NCBI GenBank assembly: GCA_051942245.1 | Contig: JAVECL010000234.1 | Span: forward strand, 1 to 34,176 | DNA: 34,176 nucleotides | Source of the DNA: Trypethelium eluteriae | Lineage: Eukaryota | Reading direction: 5' to 3' | In this document: positions 25,288 through 34,176 of the stretch, in pieces | Layout: every line of letters begins with the position of its first letter | Position numbering within the stretch: position 1 is the first letter of the stretch | The notes under the pieces: generated by a model | What the model was told of the DNA's origin: nothing | The model's input: only the letters and a program-made list of their open reading frames with translations | Databases searched by the model: none | Made by a program: the position numbers and the translations under genes

Positions 25288-26141
25288 ATGGCGCTCATGT
25301 ACCGCATCTTCCTCACCATAATCAATATCTTCTTTCCTCCCCTCACCGTTCTCATCCTGACCGGCGCCGGCACCGACTGCCTCATCAACTGCATCTTCTT
25401 CCTCCTCGCCGTCATCCCCTCTCATATCCACGGTAAGTCTCACAATCCCTACAACCTCCTCCGTCCGCACAACCTCCTCCGTCCGCTCCATCTTCCTCCG
25501 AATACTAATCCTTACCATCGCCAGGCTTCTACCTCTCCTGCACCTACTTCCACCGCCGCAAAAAAGTCCGCCAAGGCCGCTGGCCCGGCGGTCTCAAATA
25601 CCTGATCGCCTCACCCATCATCCTCAACGGCGGCGCCACCGACGCCGAAGTCGCGCGACTCTATCGGAAAGAGCACGGGTACAGCGACGACGACGAGAAG
25701 GGGGGCGTGAGGCGGGGAAAGAGCGGGAAGGGGAGCAGAAGGGTGAGTAGGCAAGGCAGCAAGCAGGGCGGTAGCAAGCGAGGAAGCAGACCCGTGAGCT
25801 ATCAGAGTCCAGGTTATGCGGGCTATGTTGGCGGTGCGGGTGGGAGCAGACCGCCATCGAGGACTGGGAGCCAAAGAGGAGGAGCAGGGAATCGGCGCAG
25901 TCAGCGGATGTCGGCTGCGAGCGGGTATGCGTGTCCTGCGCCGCAGAAGGGGGGCAGCCAGCGGCTGCCCCAGCGGGCGGGGAGTCTGAACACGAATCGA
26001 GCGGGATATCAGTCTGGGTATGGGAGTGCGCCTGTGAGTCCGGTGGTGGGATCGACGCCGGTTATGGCAAGAAATGCGTCGCATCGATCTTCAGCAGGAG
26101 GCCCGGGGACGACACCTCGACCTGCGCCAGCCTTCAGGTGA
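25288..26141 (+). CDS. Pmp3/YqaE (proteolipid) family membrane protein with long Gly/Arg/Ser-rich C-terminal tail
   Basis: IINIFFPPLTVLILTG...DCLINCIFFLLAVIPSHIHGFY hairpin. Intron 25433-25524 (GTAAGT...CTAAT...CAG) places it in frame with ORF 25707-26141. Confidence 0.85.
25451..25486. repeat. 18-bp perfect tandem duplication inside an intron
   Basis: ACAACCTCCTCCGTCCGC x2. Confidence 0.9.
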
Positions 26142-26254
26142 TGATTGGAAAGTTATGAAGTGAGAGTATTCGAGAGGGCAAGGTCTAGCCTTTTGAAATG
26201 ATATTTGAGAGCGTTTTGTTACCTTTGTTTAAGCGTAATGATACATCGTGTTGA

Positions 26255-26440
26255 ATACCTTACGGCGGCTGGGGGTTCCTCAACTGGTAGTTAATACAAT
26301 GTTACCTCAGTTTAAATGTTATGACCATGTTGGGCTATGTTAAGGTGGTGTTAACATGGACCAACAAGGTCATAACAGTAAAGTCGAAATAACATTGTAT
26401 CAATTACTAGTTAAGGAACCCCCCAGCCGCCGTAAGGTAT
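26255..26440. mobile_element. 186-bp fold-back inverted repeat, putative TA-flanked MITE
   Basis: Arms 26255-26343 and 26351-26440 with a 7-nt loop GGTGGTG. The outer 21 bp are perfect (ATACCTTACGGCGGCTGGGGG). TA at 26256-26257 and 26438-26439. No coding capacity. Confidence 0.7.
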
Positions 26441-26774
26441 GTAGCGCATTTTCGATGGCCTGAATTAAAGTCTACACTAATAATTGTGCCGAACTTGCTT
26501 TTGACAGAAAAGGGGTATCTACAGCGAGGCAGTGAAGTTCAACTGAACTTGTATTCGCTGAAAACGCTGGACTATGAGTAGCAATATGCACAAGTGCATG
26601 CTGACGTAACAATTTGAGGTGCGAAGTCGGGTATCGTGGATAGACGAAGATTGGAACAACGCCAGTACGCCCAAAAAAGTGACAGGGCCGAATTTGGTCC
26701 ATTTGAATCCTTTCCGCTCCTCCCCCAACCGAGTAGATTCCCTGACCCTTTCTCCTGTCCCCTACATCTCATTT

Positions 26775-29700
26775 TCACTCCTCCTCCAAATCCACAATCT
26801 CCACATTTGCCATCTGCACAGTTGGCGTAGCAATCTGCGCTGCGCTCTTTTCCTTCTTCTTTCCACCGCTAGCCATCTCCATCGGCTTCCAACTTCCATC
26901 TCTCTCCACCACAATTGCCCTTGTATCTGACTTCCCATCCCCCTCGAGCTTTCTCATCACCTCCATAAGAAACCCATCTACGATCAGTCGATGCGGCCGT
27001 GCATCGGCCTTGCACTTTGGACAGCGCCACTCGTCGACAGTAGAGAATTGCGGGGCGTCACGAGGCCACGGCCGCGATTGTAAAAATGTCTCAAGGTCGA
27101 AGCAGTCGCGGTGAAGGCAGGATCGGCTGCGGACAGGTATGTCACAGAGACGGTCGCCGACGTAAGGGTCGAACACGTTAATGGCGATGTTGCTGTCGAC
27201 GATGGTGAGACCATCATCCTCGTCGTTCGAGGAAGTAGTGAGTAGATTCCCGGGAGAAAGACTGAGTTTGATGCTGTCAAGAATTGATGATGCACTGATT
27301 GTCTGGGACGTAAGGATTTTTTGCTTGAGGGACTTGTGATTTTGCAAGCTGACAATCTCAACCACGGCGGCATATGTATTGGAGTCTTGGTAATTTGGGC
27401 TAACGTTCCATAGGACTCGCAATGAGTTCTCGCCTGCCCTGATTAAATGAGTAATGTCGACAGGCAAGTGTTTGTTCCATTGCCTTTTCCGCCGAAGTTC
27501 CAACAAAGTGGAATTAACGCAGAAACAAACGTTTTCTGGCCACAAGGTGTCCGCCGTAGCAAGGAGTCCGTCATCGGAGACATCACCGGGTTTGGTGAGC
27601 TTGACGCATCGGAAGCGGAACAAATGAGAGGTCTCTTCGAGCAATCTCGACAGTGGACCATTATTTCTGTTGGTTCGCGGAAGCGATTTCGCCATCTCTT
27701 CGGAAACTTGAAACGTTTCGTCCTCGATCAAGCGAGACGGTTGAAGAATTTGTCGAATTGTCATTTCAGTCACGAACTGATACAATTTGCCCAACTCTAT
27801 TAATTCTGGAGCATTTCGTCGGACTGGAGTCGGCGTTCGCAGATGAACTTGATGGAGAGCAGAGATGCTAGGATCAACTCGTGCGGGTTGTGGTCTGATC
27901 TCGCCGAGCGCAGGAAAGAAAGATAGGGGCCGACGTATAGGAAACTTGAGTGGCCACTGGTTCATAGTCATGAACTGTGGCTGATTATGGCCGTTAGGCC
28001 CTGGGCGCTGAGCTGTCAGCTCGCCAGCCAAAGACGGTGGCGGACCAACAGGACCGTGCATTGTGTTCTGCTGGATCGTTGACGATGGGACACGAGGTAA
28101 AATCTGTCTCGTGGGGCGAGACGCAGAGTTCATTTGGTTTGATAATGCTTGTTGCGGAGTCAAGAATGACCCAGATGCTGCAGATTGCGGCACTCTAGGG
28201 AGAAGTGAAGCAGCGGGCGTTTGCTGATGTCTATTTGGGTCTACTTGTACGACGCTAGATCCACGTACGTTTGGATGATTAGTAGTAGATGAAGATTGAC
28301 CTCTCCGGCGTTCCAATCTTAGGCACTGCACGTGTGCTCGATAATATTGCCACAATTGGTCGGCGAAATTGCGCTCGTCTTCATCGATCTGAGAGCGAGC
28401 TAACATAGAGCTCTGGGTCAATTGGTCCTGTCTAGCTTTGAATGCCTTCTCGGCCTCGAAAACCCAATGGGAAGTAGCGCAACCCCAGAAACTCCTCATT
28501 ATGAAAAGGAAGACGACGAACTGGAGCACTGGTGAAGTGACATTAAGGACTTTCAGTGTCTCTCGAGGGCTCGGAGGATATTGGCGCATCTTGCATTCCT
28601 GGACCAAGGGTGCCAATTCCGTGCACAATGAGAATAGGAAAATTTTGCACTGGTCCACCAGCTCGGCAGCACCCCAGCACCATGTCTTCACGATATGGCC
28701 AAAATCGGACGGAAAGTTCGCAGCCCAAATGATAAAACCCGTTGGCAGCTGATCATTGCGCGAGAAGAGTGAATCCAGATGCGCGAATGCATCCTTCATG
28801 TTCGGAAGAGATTGGATCGCGTAGGGTACTTGATCAGGCATGACGGTGTGCATGCACGAGATTTGATGCAATGCCAAACACATGAGATCACCGCGCATAC
28901 TTGCTTCCCTCAGTATGTTGATTCGCCCCTCGGCAGGGCTATTGCGACCAATGTTTCGATCTTGATCCAAATAACCACGAATCTTGCGGTTACAATTTTC
29001 AGGTTGAAAAAAGTCAGGAGGTGGGAGCCTTGAATGACCGGGTGTTTGGCCAATCGATGTCGTACTTGATACCGAATGATTTTGAGCTGTTTGCAACTGA
29101 TGCTGCAACGGCGTTGGCACGGGGGCCTGTATGGGCGGATTCTGTGGCATCGAAGAGCCTGCATTATTAGGTGTATTGTGTTGCTGCCGGCGCTGTTTTT
29201 CTGTGTCAGTAGAAAGCCATGTCGGGTCATCATCGCTTGCGGCTGGTGAAGGAAGGACCGCATCGGCCGAAATGTGACCAGTTGCGTGCTCCCGCAGCTG
29301 CTGGAAGAATGTTGGAGTCCTTGTGCTCTCTGCGATAGGCGAGACAAGTTGTCCATTTCCAGTAACATTAATCGGGGTTGCAGTAGTAGTTCCTAGAAAG
29401 GCAGGAAGATTCACGCGAATTTGCTCAAATGCATCGTCTAGGGTATGCGAATTGCCCACGACGCCTCCATTTGTGCCTGCAACAGACTGGTGTGAACTTG
29501 GAATCCCAGAATGCTGGTGCGGGTGTTGTTGCTGTACGGCAACCTGCAGGGATGGCGGTCTCTGGGAAGGAGTAGCTCTTACTTGAGGATTATTGGTTGA
29601 TGGTAAAGGGCGAGCGAAGTTTGAAGGCACGGTTTGATATTGCACGATGTTACTGTTCTGAGAGCCATTCTGCTGTCTCTTTCTCTTCCCCAGAGCCGAT

Positions 29701-29828
29701 GCTGCACTCGGCGTCTGCTGAACATTGGCCGCCCACACTGGTTGTTCACCTTGAGGTGCGGCGAGGGTTACCGGACGCGTAAGTGGCCCTCGCTGTCGGG
29801 GTACCCCCCACTGTGGATCTTGGGGCAT
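26775..29828 (-). CDS. MIZ/SP-RING zinc-finger protein (PIAS/Siz-related, possible SUMO E3 ligase), 1017 aa
   Basis: C-terminal DPY...IPVRSRSCLHRDCFDLETFL...WRCPKC...LIVDGFL, a Q/P-rich N-terminus and a terminal SIM-like VEIVDLEEE. Confidence 0.9.
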   Translation of the reverse strand: MPQDPQWGVPRQRGPLTRPVTLAAPQGEQPVWAANVQQTPSAASALGKRKRQQNGSQNSNIVQYQTVPSNFARPLPSTNNPQVRATPSQRPPSLQVAVQQQHPHQHSGIPSSHQSVAGTNGGVVGNSHTLDDAFEQIRVNLPAFLGTTTATPINVTGNGQLVSPIAESTRTPTFFQQLREHATGHISADAVLPSPAASDDDPTWLSTDTEKQRRQQHNTPNNAGSSMPQNPPIQAPVPTPLQHQLQTAQNHSVSSTTSIGQTPGHSRLPPPDFFQPENCNRKIRGYLDQDRNIGRNSPAEGRINILREASMRGDLMCLALHQISCMHTVMPDQVPYAIQSLPNMKDAFAHLDSLFSRNDQLPTGFIIWAANFPSDFGHIVKTWCWGAAELVDQCKIFLFSLCTELAPLVQECKMRQYPPSPRETLKVLNVTSPVLQFVVFLFIMRSFWGCATSHWVFEAEKAFKARQDQLTQSSMLARSQIDEDERNFADQLWQYYRAHVQCLRLERRRGQSSSTTNHPNVRGSSVVQVDPNRHQQTPAASLLPRVPQSAASGSFLTPQQALSNQMNSASRPTRQILPRVPSSTIQQNTMHGPVGPPPSLAGELTAQRPGPNGHNQPQFMTMNQWPLKFPIRRPLSFFPALGEIRPQPARVDPSISALHQVHLRTPTPVRRNAPELIELGKLYQFVTEMTIRQILQPSRLIEDETFQVSEEMAKSLPRTNRNNGPLSRLLEETSHLFRFRCVKLTKPGDVSDDGLLATADTLWPENVCFCVNSTLLELRRKRQWNKHLPVDITHLIRAGENSLRVLWNVSPNYQDSNTYAAVVEIVSLQNHKSLKQKILTSQTISASSILDSIKLSLSPGNLLTTSSNDEDDGLTIVDSNIAINVFDPYVGDRLCDIPVRSRSCLHRDCFDLETFLQSRPWPRDAPQFSTVDEWRCPKCKADARPHRLIVDGFLMEVMRKLEGDGKSDTRAIVVERDGSWKPMEMASGGKKKEKSAAQIATPTVQMANVEIVDLEEE

Positions 29829-31072
29829 GAGCGGCTACGTTTATCTAGGTAGTAGAGTTTAGAGACGTCAAACGCTCGAGAATCTCAGAAATCCACTTCG
29901 AGGGGGCATACCTTGAGAAGAAGAGTATTGTAAAAGTGAGGAGAGAGTATAGCTACGGACATCTAAGATCCACGTGTATACGCATGGCTGAGAGCTTGGG
30001 TGGAGATCGAAACAGCATGCTAGGATCGACCCGCATATGTATTCACCGAAATGAATGATTCATCGCGTGAACATGAAGACGCGTCGTGATTGCGAGAAAC
30101 AAAAGCAGTGAATGGGAAGGCGCATAGCAGGAATCGAGGAAGAGCGCTCGTCACCGTAGCACCTTCCTTCCTTCCCTTGATCTTATCCGTCACACCCGGG
30201 GCCAGTCGACACAACGAATCAATGAGTGAGCGGGCGAGAACTCCTGCTAACTATGCCGGCGATGATGCTCAACGGTCGAAAGGGAGTGTCTCTTGTGAGT
30301 AAAGGAAGGAAGATCGACGTGAACGAAGTAGCGTGAGTAAGGTAGGTACCTATCTAACCTCCGTACCACGATGCCCAGACGTTAATAATGACTGTGGGGA
30401 AGTTTCAGACGCCTATCCCTGCTCTAGAACGTGCTCCAGGTTCTAGCCGCTATATCCAAAAATCCATCTCTTGTTGATTCACTGCCTTACCTACTTCACG
30501 TATGCGCAGACGTCACCCAACAATAGTAATTGGTCCTTACGGACCAGCTGAGAAATGTGAAAAGCCTGACTACTGACCGAGCGGTCTAGAAATTGACTCT
30601 CTGAATTTCTGAAGTTCTCAACCCAGTGCAAGGTATTCATAACAGGGTTAGTTACTTGAGTCAGCCAATCAAGCCGGATTTTTGAATGCGCTAAACCGGC
30701 TTCCTGTCTCCAACAACTAGCCGCCGACCATCTCCATCGACCTGGTTCTCTGTGCGCTGGCGTCTCTGGGGGGAAACCCCATTATACCTCCTCGTCAAGA
30801 CTTATACATCCTTCTCCTTACCACCGATCGGGCGGGAGCGTGTCTGCAAGCTCACATTTCGCGGGACTTTGGATCTTTGAATCTAGCGATCTTGACTTCC
30901 CAACACGTCAAGTCCTCCCGCTGTCCGCCGTGTTTCGCTGCTTGTCGCCCGTCGGCCGTTTGCGAAGCCCTTGAGACCATTTCGACCACGATCATGAAGA
31001 AGCAGCTTGCATAGACTATTGCCTGATTCAGCTGGTGCTTCTAGGCTTGATACTTTTCCGAGATTGACTAAG

Positions 31073-34000
31073 ATGGCTGCGCGACAACCCTCTCAGGCCC
31101 AGCCGGGGGAGGTTCTCCTCGTAGTGCGTAAGTTACAACTACATCCGCAATAAAGAACTATTTTCTACTCCCATCGGGTACATCCGCTAATTTCCGAATT
31201 TCTGAGTAGACGATTTCAATGCGCGCAGCCCCGATGAACTCAGCCTATCCAAAGGAGATCGTGTCGAGCTAATAGAACGCGACGATGACTTTGGAGATGG
31301 CTGGTTCTTGGGCAGACACTTGACGAGTTCCCTTACTGGGCTGTTTCCTGAAGGTGTGATAGATTCCCGGTTATCTCGCAACAAAACACTCATTGACTCG
31401 GTCATACAGTCTATACAACTCTAGCGCCAAAGGGTACCCTTAGCAATACTGCATACCAACGACGGGTCAACGAAAGTCATGCACGGTTGGAGCTGAATGG
31501 CCAGGGTCAGCCAATGTCAATGGTCAGTCCTCAGTACCATGCTGTACAGGCTGTTCAGCCCACGAACAATAATTTTACCTCCCCGGTCACAGCTGAACCA
31601 GCTGGAAAATCGCCCGGCACTGGAAATGTTGTTCGCTCCGCATCTTCTCCTCTAGTTCAGTCGTCGCCCTCGCGAGCTACCCCTCCAACATCAGCTCGTA
31701 GCACGACAATGGCCATCGACGGTAATACGGATAACGCAGTGATGAATGAGACTTTGAGTGTCATCAACGAGCATATCACGGACATGTCCACGCCCAGGCA
31801 CAGTATGCTGCGTGAAAATCGCAGAGCTGCCACTGATTCAGGAAGTGAATATAGCAACCAGGTTGGTCCGCGACTCTCGTACATTAATGGTCAAGAGACC
31901 GACGAGGAGGAGTCGGGTCTTCACTCCGAAGCAGAAGTCTCAAAGTGGACGCCAGAACAAGTTGCCGAATATTTGGAGGACGTTGGTGTGGAACGGAAAC
32001 ACTGCGATGTCTTCCGCGAGCAGGAAATATCCGGAGAAGTGCTTCTCGGCATGGACCAACCTTCGATATTCATCAAAGAATTCGAACTAGGCCCTGTCGG
32101 TCGAAGGCTTCGAACGTGGCAGAAAATTAAAGCTCTACAGGAGGAAGTGAGGGGGAACTCCAAACGTTCAAGAAGTGTTTCAGAGTACTCTGGCGGCGAC
32201 GATGCCTCACAAGATTCGGCTAATAGAAATCGGAGCACTTCTATAGGTACCGTGTTACCTCGCATCCCCAGCATTTCTGAGAAACCGGCTTCGCGTACGC
32301 AGTCCATTCACACAGAGAGCACGGCCTCTTTGGCAGCTCCAACTCCATTCGGACGCAATTCACCACTGCCGTCGACGCAGACTCCCCCAATCCAGGAAAT
32401 ATCTTCCCGCCCATCCGCAGCATCCGTGCGACAAATGAATCACTCGAGACGACATTCATCGATTGACAATACGAATACACCCCTCAAGACAGTACTGCCG
32501 GAAAGTAGTTTGTCAGCATCACCGACGAGAGCTACACATAGGAAGATTCCTTCTTTTGATAGGAATTGGGGAGGTGTCGCTAGCCCACCGACTGTGCAAG
32601 GCGGGCGGCCTGCTTCCTCCGCGCATACTCATTCGCTCAGCACCGATGGTACCCAATTCGACAACTCTAATTCTAATTCTAATTCCACTGTTACCGTACC
32701 TTACGACCTCGAGAAAGGGTATTTTTCCGGAGGCGAAGTAGAGATGAGGGGCGGCAAGAGCAACAGAAGGGTTCTTAGAAAGAACCAAAGTGCTTCTCAC
32801 TCCCGTGAATCCAGTTACGATGCTCGAAGGCGCAGCGAGGCGCCTCGGGCACACCTGCGTGCTGGAAGCACGGAATCGATTCAACCATTCGGCGCCTCCC
32901 CTTTGTCTCCGGCAGCACAGCATTACTATGGCAAGGCTAATCGAGCCCAGCGAGCTGCTAGTGGTCCTGATTTCAGTACACCATCAATGATCGCCACGAA
33001 AGACCTGCCTCCTACCGTGACCAAGTTAGAATTTAGTCAATCGCCTAGCATGGACGCTATTGCAAATTCGCCTGCCCTTGGAAGTGGTGGAGGAAGCGAT
33101 ACTTCTTCGTTCATCTCACCTTCACCAGCGCACCAGCAGAGTCAATTTTGGTCAAAGCCTCGGGTGACAGGCATTCGAACGATCTCCGATGCTATTACGG
33201 GAGACGAGAGAGCAAAAGCAGATGCAGATCGGGCACCCGTATCCCCCGTGAAGGAGTCTCCGGTATCCCCTGCCCGAACTGGATCAACTACGCCTTCTGG
33301 AACGTCTTTGGACGCCTCGGAAGCATCGAATAACAGGCAGAGTACAATGACCAGCATGACTTCCACCACTACCAGCTCGAAACGTCGGTCAAAGAAGAAC
33401 ACTAGTGCATACACCCGCGGTCTGGTCAAAAAAACACCCCAAGAACAAATGGCCGATTGCGACTACAGTGGTTGGATGAAAAAGAAATCATCTAATATTG
33501 TAGCAACCTGGAAACCGCGACTCTTCGTACTCAAAGGTCGGCGGCTCTCCTACTACTACACGGAGAACGACAAGGAAGAAAAAGGACTCATCGACATTTC
33601 TTCCCATCGTGTCCTCCCCGCCGATACAGAACGCCTCACAGGTCTCCACGCTACCCTCACCGGCGCTACCGCCTCCCCCACCTCCCCACAAAACGCGCAG
33701 ACCCCGACGACCGCCTCCATCGACGCCGAAAAAGCCGCAGCCGCCGGCCTAACCTCGCCCGGCACCACCACAACGACCATCACGGGTGGCGCCGCCGTCG
33801 TCGCGGCCGCGGCCGCGGCCTCCAACAGCTCCAGCAACAGCAAAAAGGACCCGTCCGGCATCTTCATCTTCAAGCTCGTGCCGCCGCGGTCGGGCCTCTC
33901 GAAAGCCGTCAACTTCACGAAGCCGACGGTGCACTACTTCGCGGTGGACAACATCCAGCAAGGGCGGCTGTGGATGGCGGCGCTCATGAAGGCGACCATC

Positions 34001-34176
34001 GACCGCGACGAGTCCAAGAGCGTCGTCACCACGTACCAGCAGAAGACCATCTCGCTGGGCAAGGCGCGCGCGATGAAGCAGCGGCCGCCGGCGCTCATGG
34101 AGGATGGTGCCGAGGATGTACGGCCGCCGGTGAGCCCGATCGATGAGGCGGATGGGGATGGGGGGTTGGGCATCAG
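31073..34176 (+). CDS. BOI2: Boi1/Boi2 (Pob1)-like polarised-growth scaffold, SH3-SAM-PH; 3' end runs out of the window
   Basis: Exons 31073-31127, 31210-31353 and 31410->end. SH3: HDFNARSPDELSLSKGDRVELI...DGWFLG...GLFPEVYT. SAM: WTPEQVAEYLEDVGVERKHCDVFREQEISGEVLL. PH: DYSGWMKKK...WKPRLFVLKGRRLSYY...GRLWMAALMKA. Absent from the ORF track because there is no stop in the window. Confidence 0.93.

Noticed and set aside
32665..32686. (TCTAAT)n microsatellite
   Set aside because: Short coding repeat (NSNSNS) in a disordered linker; trivial.
33650..33850. GC-rich Ala/Thr low-complexity insert splitting the Boi PH domain
   Set aside because: In frame, and an inserted variable loop at this position is, to my knowledge, usual for filamentous-fungal Boi proteins. 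No sign of a mobile element.
31187..34173. Many short ORFs on both strands in the ORF track
   Set aside because: Shadow ORFs of the real + strand Boi-like gene, which is unlisted because it lacks a stop within the window.
25288..34176. Pmp3-like, MIZ or Boi genes as cluster self-resistance genes
   Set aside because: They look like ordinary single-copy neighbours beyond a 1.4-kb gap. Nothing in the window shows duplication or co-regulation.

Overview
Eukaryotic, filamentous-ascomycete DNA with short GT-AG introns. About 3.7-23.9 kb is an apparently intact secondary-metabolite gene cluster. It contains a 15-intron highly reducing PKS (KS-AT-DH-degenerate cMT-ER-KR-ACP) divergently paired with a stand-alone alpha/beta-hydrolase (DcsB/Fma-AT-like releasing enzyme), plus a P450, a bZIP-basic-region + ankyrin (bANK, ToxE/Aps2-type) regulator, a Pth11-like membrane protein, a BBE-like FAD oxidase and an SDR. 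The regulator's DNA-binding exon is missed by the ORF track. An exact Api-box (TCACGTCA) lies about 200 bp upstream of the PKS. The predicted product class, an unmethylated, oxidatively tailored lactone/macrolide-type polyketide, is inference. To the left is an intronless 781-aa hypothetical gene. To the right are ordinary genes (Pmp3-like, MIZ/SP-RING, partial Boi1/Pob1) and a 186-bp TA-flanked fold-back (MITE-like) element. All family assignments come from motif recognition by eye; no database search was run.
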